A DNA stretch of 63,915 bases, the filler included, from Perkinsus chesapeaki ATCC PRA-425 (taxonomy: Eukaryota; Protista; Perkinsozoa), in NCBI GenBank assembly GCA_013115145.1. It is 7 parts of 7 records of this genome, joined end to end, with 100 filler letters (N's around TTAATTAATTAA, not from the genome) between each part and the next. Parts side by side here need not be neighbours in the genome. Positions count along the whole stretch, not along the records: positions 33,157 to 55,298 come from JAAPAO010000586.1; 6 more parts are not named here. The stretch is one strand, 5' to 3'. Of the stretch, positions 38,101 through 50,899 are shown in pieces. The translations under genes and the position numbers were made by a program. Every line of letters starts with the position of its first letter. Position 1 is the stretch's first letter. The notes under the pieces are model-generated. The model was not told the origin of the DNA, searched no databases, and saw nothing but the letters and a program-made list of their open reading frames with translations.

Positions 38101-41100
38101 TCTATAATTGTTGTGTTACAACGACTACGCTATCCCCAACCAGTCGGCTCAGAACTGGTAGCATTCTTCAGTATGAGGATGCTGATGATGATCGAGTTTT
38201 TACGAATCTACCAGTCTCCAGCTATGGTCATCTGCATTCTGCAACGTGCGGTAATTAACTCGTTTTAAAAGCTTCCAAGTGAAGTCCAGCACTCCACAAC
38301 CATTTACCTTTAGTAACGCTTGCAGCATTTCCACTGGGGCGGTATCATTTCCATCGCCCCTTAGAACTAGGGAACACGCGGACGCTGCTATGGCGACCGT
38401 GATCTCCTCACTTTCTACTTCATCCCTCAACCATGAGAGATGCTTCTTGGACCATCTCAAGGAGGTACCGATGGCACTGGGCGAACCTGATCCATGAGAC
38501 CCCTCATATGACAATACATCTGATGAATTTGTGATCACGCGGGCAGCTAGCAACCTCACCGAAATCTCGTCGAGAATCAAATAGTTCCACCAAGGTAGGA
38601 GAGCTACAACAGGAATTTTACTAGTAACCTAATTCCTAGTAAGCATTGATGGCATTCGCCCTGGACATGTATCTGATGCTCTTTTATGACTATATCTATA
38701 TTTAGCAGAGATAGTATCTTACGGCATCGACATGAAATGAGGTCGATTGTTGAACTATATTATAATATAAACTCCCCCCACCAGCCTCATCCAGCTCAAT
38801 CGACCGATGGGCGGGGCTCCTCGTAATCGTTTCAGAATCGATCCACGGTGTTTAGCCAGTTGCTTACGTAAATCTTCCTGATTGATAGCAGCCAGCAGCT
38901 CAACCCGACCAGCAGTCAATGAGCCGCTGTCAACAGGAAGAAGGTAATCGGGGAGATCCTCCGTGGAGAAGTTCTTCAAGGATAGGTACACAAACGAGGA
39001 ACCTAAAGGTGTTTTCAACATGAATGTGCCGACGGAATCTCCGTAGAGCAATATAGAATTGCGAGCTGATTCTCACCTGCAGCGGCCTGGACCGCTCTCT
39101 TGACCGTATCGTTAAAATCAGCATATTGCACAACTTTTTCTCCAACTGCTAGAGAGAGCACTTCTGGCCATGACCGCCACTCGAAGGGAAGCTCCTAATA
39201 ATAAGCCGTGGATACGGGATACCGAGAGATGGCTATAAGGGCTATGAGCTTTCCCCTTGTAATATTCACATTGCGAAGCCTCTGTTTAATTGCGATGATA
39301 CGCTTTACCGATCTACAAGTACTCCGGTAATATATGATATTATAGCGGCGTTGTAAATAATAAATCCTAATATGATACATTTCACGACGAAGAGTGCAAA
39401 GTATCCTTCATCGGGGAGCAGAAGGACTCATAGCCACTGGCAAGCTGGTGCTACATCTTCCAACAGCTCCACGGCAAGGACAGCAGCCAACGGAAAATTG
39501 TCTTCCTTTCAAGTTTACCTTCTCAACAATGACTTCCGCAATGTCAGATATGGTCTCTTCCTCAGCAGCATTTACGATAGCATGGAGATTGGGATTCTGA
39601 GAAGGAACTTCGGAGAAGGTGAGACAGTGAAATTTTCAAAGAGACAAACTACACTGGCCAACGTACGAGATATAGCATAATTACATTTCACCTGAGCCAG
39701 GTAAAATCCACACGTGAGCCAGGTAACCAGGTTAACATGCTTGTGGATTTTGAGAGACTCAAGTCAGAATCTTTCACCACAGTCAAGGAGTAGCTCAACC
39801 TCAAAGATACCTTCGATGATGATCGTTCGCCGCGTTTCTTCGAACGAGCTATATAGCTTCTTGAGGTTCATAAAACAAACCTATTTCTCGATGATTTCTA
39901 GATGACTGGTTTATAGGCAGGAGGCCCGTTGTGGGAAAGGAGGGATACAATTTACCGCGACTATCAAGTTGGAATCAACTTGCATTTGGAAATGGACGCG
40001 AGAGTGTCGCCAGTGTGTGAAGATGTATACTATTGCGAAGTCCCAGCTCCTCCAAGGCAGTCGGAAATCTAGATGCACGCAAAATCTCGATAACATACAA
40101 TTTGTACACATTTGAACCCCTAAAGATCTCCACACAAGAAAATATTTCCCTCGAGGAAAATGGAGAAAAAATTTCCACTTACCAGCTCATTCTTCCAAAT
40201 AAGCTCCGAGGCTCCCAGTTGCCAATGTTTCCGCAGCTTACTAACGCACTTGCGCATCGTAGAGTCATCATAGCTGGACGAGTTCAACGAGGCAAGGATG
40301 CTCACCTGACACAAAAGGAGACAGCCGGTGAAATACGCCAATCAACAGGTGCTCTTCAACATTTTCATGAAGCTCTCAACCTCCTACTGAGACAGTCCTT
40401 ACCAGTAGTGCATCAGCCGAGTGCCCCAATTTTGCGGTTTTTCCATCAGAAGTCTCCTCATCGGTCGGTAGCCTCCATCCATCCAACCGCTGCCGAGTCG
40501 CCAGAGCTGCAATCGCCAAAGGCCTGCATTTCGTGGGTGGTAATGAGTCCACCAGCATGCGGACCTCGGCAACTTGATGCTCTTGGGGACGGATGCCTTC
40601 GAGGACGGCACCTACACCGGGACGAGTTACGAAACAAACGAGACTGTTATATGTTGTTGCATGGCAGGGAGCTGCCAGTTTCATCTGAATCAATTGTCTG
40701 GAAATGAGGCAATTAGTTTGAAGTCCCGTAACCCAGGTAAAGTCTCAAATTTGGTAATCCAGATAAAGTCTTAAACCTGCTAATTGGCAGCTTTAAACTC
40801 CTTATTCCACGTACTATCTCGATCAATCAGGTCCATGCGTTAGTTCAGTTTTTACTATGGCGGCAGCGATGGCGGTGGAAATATAAGTTCTTGTCGTTCT
40901 GGTGCAGTAACATCCACCAGGAGAGAGGCACTATAGGAAATGGTCATCTGGTACGAACACTGCTATGAGATAACTCCAAGTGAGAGGCAGTAAAATGAGC
41001 CAGTTTTGCGCCCTCCGTGTCAGGTTAATTGGCAGGTACTTCGGTAAAAGAGGAGTATCAACCTCCGATGAGCTTAGAATCACCCAATTCATGCTACTAA

Positions 41101-42893
41101 TCACTCCACAACTGCATTTCATATGCACTGGATATATCCCATCACCAGGAGGCATGACACGTCCACGAAAATCATTAAGTTAAACAAGCAGCCCCGCCTA
41201 CCCGTAATTCTCTCCACCAGCTCTCCTTCCCCAAAATGCTTCTGGAGCATCTTCACCGACTCCACACTTTGCTGAACCACCGCTGCCTGCATGGAGCCCT
41301 CTGCTCGCACTAATAACTCGGTAACAGCTTTAAACCACTTCTCCGAATTAGACAACTCCTTCGCGCTCGCCGATTTAGTGCTTCTAACAAACGCTTGGAA
41401 ATATGCGACCAGATCACCCTTCTCCACCAGCGCTCTCATCAGCTCCAAATGCGCCTCCGCCGTGCCCGGTGCGTCGAGCGCCCAAACCTCCCTCAATAGG
41501 AACTCCAGGTGACTCACAGCGTCCACTGCCAGGCCTGTCACCACCCCCCTGGGGAAGTTCTTATCGCAACTTTGCCGCATAAATCGCTTCAAAGCCTCCC
41601 TCTGCGACCCATCATTATCTTCGCGCAATCTGTACTTGTGATTTTTCGAAACCATTTCCCACAGATTAGCCTTCAATTCGAGATCATCGGTCAGGGCCGA
41701 GAGCCGCGCGAAGAACTTGAAGCCCTCGGGGGCGTCCGCTTGGAAATATCTTTCCAGAATGATCGGCAAGATTTTCGCCCGAACCTCCTCGGACAGATTT
41801 CCCGCAGCTTCAAACAGATGCTCTTGTATCGGTCGCTGTCCCTTCGCCTCGGGATCATTCAACAATCTCACATAACCGTCCCAATAGCTCTTATCGATCA
41901 AGTGATCGATTACCATCTCCGAGCCTGTTCCCGTGAATTCTCCCAGATGCTTTACCACCGCAAGAAACGGCTTCTTGCCCGCCGCTTGGCTGTCCAGCGC
42001 CAACGACAAGTGCCTCATCAGCTCCTCACGGATCTCCTCCGTCTTCGCCGATCCAAGAATCCTACACACGCTCTCAACCGGTGGAGCCCACGATCCTCCA
42101 CATTGCTCTCGTAGGGCACAAAGAAGCTGTCTGGCTTTACCAGGGCATACCGTTAAAGTCGTCGCGATGAGAGAGAGCAGAGCTGTCGCATGGAAGGGAT
42201 GGACTACTATCAAACCGGTTGGAAGGGACGTCAGAACCTGACAATTATAAGTCAATCAACTCCGTTTGGCATTTCATAGAGATGATATTTTATACACTGA
42301 AAATGACAGTTCATCTCTGCGTATACAGATATACTCCCTACTAGCGACCGCTGGATTAGTGAATCGGTTCAGCCGTTTCGATCAGCTTCTATAGAGTTTC
42401 TTTTGTGATTCAGTTCGTACATCTGGTCAGAGAAGACGTACCGGCATCCTTACTCCTTAGGAGCTCCGCACGCAGTTCTAGGGGGGGGGGTTGATGATTC
42501 ATATCAATACGAATAATATTTCACACACTTGAACTCCAAATTTTGAAGTAATACTTTATTGAAATATATAGTAAACAATCTTGAAACCGCTCAAAGATGC
42601 AAAATAGCTCAACTTGTTCACCTCGGTCGCAAGCTCGACTGTGTCCTCTGCTGTTGCAGCATCCAAACGCTTCTTATTCAACACCCAGCTCTGCACCAAC
42701 CACTGCCACAAAGCCGGAGACATGGCGATTTTGCCGACCGTCTGAGATAGAAACCAAATCGATCACGTGATCGATTCTGGTTCACTCACCTCATCAGCTT
42801 TGAAGCTCCTGAGAACTTCTCCTGGAGTCGTCTCCGTGTCGCTACCGATGACCATGCACGGCAAATCAACCCTATTGGGACTTCCAACCACAT
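35170..42893 (-). CDS. Large uncharacterised helical (ARM/HEAT-like composition) protein; may be more than one gene; ends approximate
   Basis: Chain of Leu-rich open exons with GT-AG ends, including the 378-codon ORF 41119-42255 and ORFs at 40376-40693, 38755-39051, 38200-38580, 37616-37837 and 37133-37351, plus smaller exons down to ~35170. No diagnostic motif recognised. Confidence 0.55.
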
Positions 42894-43013
42894 CGAGAAA
42901 TTACAATACTTCCCGTACAAAATCCGTCCCACACAAAACTCCACCAACTCGGGGCGCCAGCCGTCCCAGAAACTAATTTGTTCAGAAACACGTGTGAATT
43001 GATAAATGAATTG

Positions 43014-46000
43014 CTATTTCCCTGCGGCTATCGATCCACCCGGGTTCGATTCCCGCATGGAGCGTTCTAGGCGAGTTCGCAATACTGCAAATGCTGGTCC
43101 TTGCGGAAGCACTGGTAAAACCGGTGATGTTCTCCGAGGAGGTGGAGAAGGAGGAGGTATAGATGTGGTTGTCGGTAAGGCATCATTCGTATCTTTCTCG
43201 CTTGCACCGCGCCCTGGAGTTTTGCCGCTCTTTTTGGATGCCTTCTTCACATCGCACTCTGTAGGTTTTCCACCATTTTTAGGAATCCTCTTCTCACCGC
43301 ACTCTGAAGATTTTCGAGAATTTTTAGGAATCCTCTTCTCACCGCACTGCAAAGATTTCCCACTCGTCACATCTTCGCACTGCGGAGATTCCTCTACCCC
43401 AGGCAACCTCAACGTCCAATGCTTCAGTACCGAATCCTCATCGCTCGCGCACACCACGTTCATCTCAATGATATCCAAAACCTTCCACTTTAGCGTTTTC
43501 CCCTTCCTCAAAAATTCCACACATTTTTCATTTATATCGACCACGTTGTCCGCTCCTATCTGCTCCAACGACACGCTCTTCGAGTACCCCACCAACGGAA
43601 CGAACACCTCAATCGCATTCTTGGTACTTTTGCCGCTCTCCAACTTTTTACCAGGGAAAATTTTCGTCACCACTAAATCGTTCAAATTCAAACCTGTCTT
43701 ATCGGAATAATTCGCCCGCACATAATCGCTGAAGAAGTAATACGCACACTCTCGATCTGCCTCTAAACTCCCCTTCCGAATTTGATTGCATCTTGCTGTT
43801 GCCTGTATTAACTCATCCAAGCTATGCCTATACAAAGACTCCTTCCCCATCGACACCAAATCAGCCAGCAGCCTGTGCACCAGCACGTCCGCGTACCGCC
43901 TAATCGGTGATGTGAAGTGCATATACCGTCCCAACCCAAGCGCCCAGTGCGAGGTGCTCTCCTCGGTGTCCTCAACAACGACATATTGCGCCATTTGGAA
44001 CGCCACCATCGCTTCAAAAGATATCGCCTTGAAAACCGCATCCGGAAGAATTTTTCGAGCCGCATCTAAAAGTTCGGCCAACTTGCGGCCCTTCCATCTC
44101 TCAGTCGACCAGTCCATCCCCGCACATCCCCGCTGCAAAACCGGCAATATAGTCTCGATGACCTACCGTTGAGGAAATGCAAGATTATTCAAGATTGCAA
44201 GATACCTCTGCCTCCGTATTGGGATGCTGCCTTAATATTGGCGGCAGCGATTTCCCGTTCATCTCGATCCCCTCGACCAATCGCTCTGCCACCAATCGGT
44301 TCGCCAACACCTGCGGCGAACGTTTACATATTCTCATTTGATCTTCGAGTCTAAATTGACTCGAGCTGAGCTTTTGTTTCGTCCAAGTCAGACTCGTGAG
44401 AGACAAGACAACCTTCAGAACGTTTTATAATTCTAAAACCTCATTTTTCTAGCTCATCCTACTCCTCCCATAAGACCTACTACTAAGCGCCACCACCTAC
44501 ATAGAGCACAGGAAGCCTCCCGACTTTCGGAAGGCCGAAGATTAACTCATCCTTGTTTAAATTTCATTCGGCATTCCGTCCCTGCATTCACCATATTAAA
44601 CTATCCTCGCCGATAGCAAGCTCACAAAGTCCTTCTTCGTTTGCATGCTTTCGAACCTCTGCGCCATCAACACCATTTGGGGATTATATAAATTTCCAAT
44701 TCAAAGCTCCTGGAGATGCATGGATCGAATTCACATCTTGAGTCAACGAACATCTCAAGCTCCCGACAGAAGTTTCAAATACAGTTTTCCAATCTAAACG
44801 GTAAGCGAGACTAAGCGGACTTGGGCAAACGTCTCAGTGTAGTCTTATGGAGTTCACAATTGTCCCCCTTGCAAATGATATACAAGTCGTTACTAGGAAC
44901 GACCAACTATCTCAAACTTTTGCAGAGAGCATGAGATGTTCTTCTACCCAAAATGCAAATTCATGATGAATGCATTCCAATTAAACCAGTCATCGCCAGT
45001 TGAAGGTGCCTACCATAAATTCCTCAATTAAGCCATGACTATTCCCCTCTTCCTCCCCATAAGAAGTGTCCATCGGCGACTCTGACCAACATCTCGTAGG
45101 AGTGAAAGAGTCTGGTGACGAGAACTCGAACTTCACCTTACGGCAATGCAACTAGCGCGCGCCCTGATGATCGATTTCAAGCCCACCTTGGAAGAACCAA
45201 CTCGGATGGTATCTTTAGCTCGACTTGAGCTCCTCCGCTTAGCTGCCACTTCCCATAGCAACTTAATGTCCGCTAGAACATCTATATCTAAAAAGATGAA
45301 TTCTCACGCGCCACGAAATGCCATCCAAAGCAAATGACTAGTTTTGTCGCGAGCACGGAAGTGTTGTGGGCGACGCGTAGAGTTATCAAACCGAGTTGAG
45401 CCATGCCGAAAATGGGATGCCCTAATGCTGCGATCCTTTTCAGAAGATATAATAGTAAGAGCAAGTTAAAACATTAGGAATATAATAATATTAGAAATAG
45501 GCTACATGACCACGCACACGTGGCAGGTTCTCTATAAGTAGTCCAAAGCTTCATGTTCGATCAGCCCCGACTGCCCGAGTCGCCGGCTTACCTATATCGT
45601 GCTCCCCGCCTCTCATAGCCTCATCCACTTCATCGTAACTCAACCGCGCCGAGCTCCTAATTATGCTCTTTCCGAATTCAACTCGTTCCCCTTCGCAAAG
45701 TTCACCTAAAAATAAAGTCCGGCGAAATCCTATCAGCCCCCATCACCAGTGTGCTGATCAATCACGAAGAAAACCGTAAAAGCCAATCGATCGACATCCG
45801 GCAACAGAGAGCAAAGATTCTCGGACAGGTGCCTCGGAAGCATCGGATACGTCTGACATGAAGAGCAAGGTCGTTGGGATGTCTATCGGCTGCCAGCTGC
45901 TCTGCCCACCTTGTGAGGCATGTAAACCGTGATGGCCCTCTTGGCGGCTTCTTTGTCCAGTTGGGAGTGTGCAGGAACAAAGTGGGACACATCAGCAACA

Positions 46001-49000
46001 TGCACCTAAAAAATTAATAAGTGCGCCAGATAAACGATAAACGCATGTCGAGGACATCGCGACACTCAACGGGAAAAGCTAATGATGCTCACTTCAGACA
46101 TGAGAGAATGTAAACTGCATTTCTATTATTTTAATTATAAGCATAATTATTCCCCTCAAAGATATGTCCACTATACCGTTATGCGGCTAATATAGGCTAT
46201 GAATAGGGAGTTCTTATATAGGCAATCCTGCAGCAGCAGCAGCAGTCGGCTACAAGGCTATATCATTCAACATAGAAATGAAAATAAATATATATAATGG
46301 AGACTAAATCTCGTAAATGAATTTATTTTTATTCATCATCATCGATGATGATATAAGATCTCGCAAAACTGTTACCATACAGTATTACAACAGTAATGAA
46401 AACCAAGCAGTTGGAGACAGTAAGACCCATGCAGGCATCTACGACGCTAAACGTCGCCGAACATGCTCGTGGGCTGCTTAATCTCCCTAACCGAGAGATC
46501 CAAGATTTCCGATCAACTGCAATCTTCTTCTTTTCTATAAAGAAAATATACAAGGAAGATAATGCTCCCTTTTCTATATAACCCATATTGTCGCCACTTA
46601 ACCCATGAGTATCTTAGGTCCCCGGTTCGATCCCCGCACCCTACACCTATCCTCAGCCTTTCATTTCCCAACACCTCCACCGACAATGCATCATCCAAGT
46701 CTTTCGCAGTTGGAGGATCGATCGATACAACTCGATGAGCTACCAACCAATAAATCTTGCCCATCTTGCTCATCCTTACATTTCCTCAAATCCCATCTCT
46801 TCGGTCCTTTTCCATTCAGTACATCCCTCACAACTGCTTCCGAAGATGGCCACCTGTCCGAAAATGACCGATAAAACCTACACCACTTCAAATTCGCCCC
46901 GAAACCCTCGGCAACTTCGCCAAAAAATACGCGCCGTATTTTTCCAAAAATCCGCCGAAATTACGGAAAATTCCGTAAATTTTCCGTCCTGTAACTGAAC
47001 ATCTCGCGCTGAACTGAACGGTGAAATCTTCTGTAACATCTGGATAGAGAGTCAATATATATAGTATACAAAGTATACAGAGTTAATATATATAGTATAC
47101 AAAGTATACAGAGTTAATACATATAGTATGCAAAGTATACAGAGTTAATATATATAGTATAGAAAGTATATAGAGTTAATATATATAGTATAGAAAGTAT
47201 ATAGAGTTAATATATATAGTATAGAAAGTATACAGAGTTAATATATATAGTATATAAAGTATATAGATACTAAAGCAGATGACTGTATGGTCTTTGCTAG
47301 TAATACGCTTCCCCATTTCTATTCAGCATTCACTTGGAGTTTACAATAATAAAAGCCATGACTGTCATCATTCCACCATTCACGGTAGCATACTCCGATT
47401 TCCTCTGCAGAGTATGACAACCAGCTTAACTTCCCACCACATCGATAGCCGGAAGCCTGGTCGAAGGGGACAATTTGCACAAAAAGGAGAAGATGAAGAA
47501 ATGACAAAAATTTACACCATATAACAGTCGTCGATCCTCAACTTGTTATTCAAGAGCAGCTCCCTTCCCTATTACTCCCTCCTCAACCCTTCCTCCACCT
47601 CCTCTGCATACTCCGTACTAGTTAATCCGTACCGTTCCATTATAGCTCTATGTTCAGCAACTCCACTGCCCACCGGACCGAAGTGCTCTACCTGAACCAT
47701 TATCTGCTTCATAATCATTATATCTTATTTTTGAACGATGTACATATACATTTCTCATCGGCAGCCCTTCTCCTACTTTCACCAGACAGCAGACCGTGGC
47801 CAGCATAGGAGTACAGCTACGGGCTCACTCACCCGTAAAATGCCGATCAGTTCAGCGAAGTGTAAAGACGAAACGAACGGATATATATTAAATGATGGGA
47901 GGATTCCTATTTCTACCCAACAGATCCACCATCTATCCCCACGGAAATGTGGTCCAAGTACGGAGAAGATGTAATAAATCTTTAGCTGTAAATATGTTCC
48001 TGGACTGCCAAAACAAAATGTACTCCCTCTGGATAGCCTAGCATCATCTGCTGCCCCTCTCCTACCCATTACCAGCTCACACACCGGATTCACACTATCA
48101 TCTGCCCATTCGACTATCCGGCACGTTATCAACTGGATCCCAGTTGAGATACCCTTCGCATCGAATCTGCCCGCGACTTATCATTCATCACCACCAACAT
48201 TCCTACGGTTTCTCGAGCGTCATTGCTGGAAGTCTCTGGTCTCTTGGTTGGACCTTAGTCTCACCGGGCCGAACTAAACCGACAACCGGTCGCTCATTTC
48301 TCGAGATGACCTGAACCACCTCAGATCCGTCACTTAGGAAAATGAGGAAACTATTCGATAACGAAATTGTACCAACCCGTAAGAAGTAATAGTAAAACTC
48401 TTCCTCAAGTAGCTAATAAATCTCTCTTGAGATAGTTTTCCAGAACGAAGCCAACGTGTATCAATTATATCTTATTAAACACAGAGGTCCACAATTCCCA
48501 AGCCACTCCTTTACCCATGTTATATATCAATACAGGTCATCTATACTTTTAGCAAATCTATCCCGCGCAAATCTAAGCATTAAGAATATAACTTTGGCGG
48601 ATAGGGTTAAACTTGTATAGTTTTTCTAAGGTGCAGAGAGGGGGAATAGATCATGGGATGTCATAACTTCTTCGGAACTTAGGCCATCGGTTGGTTTTTA
48701 GTCTATCCAGTGCCAATATGCATCTCCAATATAGAAAAGAACAGCGGCTCCTTTGCCTACTTCAAGAAAAGCTCAACGTGAAAATTCCCACGAGACCACC
48801 AGTCCATAAACTCGCCACGATCACCTCCTTTCCCAACGCGAGCGCGTTAGAACCGTCAAATGCCAGCAGAAAGATTCGGCCCATTTCCCCTACTACCGCA
48901 ACCACTCGCGCTCGAGCATCCCCCAGTTTTCCTGATGGACTATCTTCTTCCATTTCCTTATTATCTCTCTTATAGGCTTTCCACATCAACCTCGCCTTTA

Positions 49001-49998
49001 AAAACACATCCGACCTTCATATTCCATATCCTTTATTACCATTACACTGTCACCGTGCAGCGCTCTATTACGTGCCATGAACCCAGGCACCCTCACACGG
49101 ACCTTCCCCTCCTTATCGTCCTCCAACTCTAAGAACGCCTGATTGGTCTCGAAAGCCGGCACGTGCAGGCGACCATAGCGGACCTGAAGCACCACCTGTT
49201 AATCCCTCTCACTCAGCCTCATGCTTCACGAGATTTTATTCGGTCAGATCGTCCTGCCTTTCCCGCCTCTCCATTTCCAGCCATCACAGATTTAATCATC
49301 CTAATTGTTAAAGTAACTTTGTCGATCTCCAGTGTAAATATAAGCAACAGAATTGCTATGAAACTCATATCGTCCCTCCTCCAACAGCACCCACTTCACC
49401 GGACAGGCAGTAACAGGTACGGGCGATTCAGTCACTCTTAAAAATGGGATACCGAGCGCTACGACAACTTCCCGTGGGGCTCGGCAATATTTTCATCGAA
49501 GAAGAAATTTTTTTTGCCAGCAAAAGCCACGAGGCGCCCATGCCAGGCGGAAAATGTGCCATTTCGTTCATTTCTTAATTACCCTCCTTCCAGCCCCGGC
49601 CCCTCATCACCTCTCCTCTCTGCAATGCGGCCTCGATATCTTTCTTTTCCCACCATGGTTCGAATAAGCTACTTATTTTACCACTTGATGAGTCCTCCAC
49701 GTCGGGTTGGCTAGGAATCTTCGAGAAGCTCCGCACTGTGAAGATTCCCGGGCAGCTGTAGAAAACCAATGTCCCGTGAACTATGCAATTCACCATCAGC
49801 CTCTTCCATCTCACAGGAATGAGTTCCTACTGCGGAGGGGATGCAGCGAAAATGTGTTCCTAGACCCAACTTGACCCCCTTCCACCTCGCCTACCCCAAA
49901 GCCATCCGCAATGAGCCCAGTGCAAGAAGTCTTCCACCTGCTCCTCCAACAGCCGCTATGAGTAATGAAGAGGGCTTCACCGATGTGACCGAAGACAT
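43014..49998 (-). CDS. DIS3L2: RNase II/R-family (RNB) 3'-5' exoribonuclease, DIS3L2-type (no PIN domain); multi-exon
   Basis: Exons give [57 protein letters not shown] (catalytic Asp cluster), [56 protein letters not shown]. Start codon approximate. Confidence 0.88.
47054..47266. repeat. 31-bp AT-rich minisatellite (AATATATATAGTATACAAAGTATACAGAGTT), RNB-gene intron
   Basis: About 6-7 near-identical copies. Confidence 0.9.
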
Positions 49999-50899
49999 GA
50001 TGGGAAGGATTTAAAAACTACAACAAGTGTTAAAGGTATACAAAACAGCTAATAGACTTCCCGGTTCATCAAAACAATTCTGGAATTCAGCATTATTGGT
50101 TTAAGAAAAGTAATGAGTTGTGAAAGGAGCGGTAGGAGTAATGGTTATAACTGCCCCCAGTTCATTAAATCCATACCGGGATTCAGAATCGATTCCAGCA
50201 CCGCATTTTAGGTGTAAAAAGCAGTTCTGAAATCGATTCTGGACTCCAAAATCGGTTTATCGAACGACCTCTGAGATTCCCAAATTCCGATTCATTCCAT
50301 TTATTAAATACAAAGGGACTACTTGTTAATAACTACAAATTAATAAAGCGGAATGCAGACCCCTCCATGTTCGTAAGATTCCCGATCCTCTAAAGATATC
50401 TGCCGTCTCAGAAGTATCTTTTAGTCGAAATTTCCCCAGTAGGTTGGTGACTGAGTTTCAGAAGGCCTGCCCCTTCAATCCCGACGCACGCCAAGAGAGG
50501 GGACTCTTCTGAAGAATGTAAATCCTGCAATTCCAGACCGTCCGTCTCTCCATTTGTCGTACTACCGAAATGCCTCTACATTGTGCGCCTCGAGTCAACC
50601 ATAAAGGTGAACGTCATGAACTAACATCAGCGAAGCGTTGATAAGTAAGCAAAAAAGTAAGTAAGAGCAGGAAGTAGAAAAGCAAAGTAAGCAGCATGAA
50701 AATATTTACCAACAGTATATTAGACTAATCGATAATAAGAATACTAATTTAATAGATATCAATATTATTTATTATTTTATTAATATACAGCTTACTCATA
50801 TTAATAACATTATACATTACTACCATGCTTGTCGCGCACCGAGGAGCTAATCTTAATGCCCTGCCATGAGCAACCCGAATCAAGAGCAACTCTACTTAT

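Noticed and set aside
41509-44172. Long plus-strand ORFs (41509-42114, 43006-43710, 43786-44172; also 40033-40707)
   Set aside because: Antisense to well-supported minus-strand exons, with no motifs of their own.
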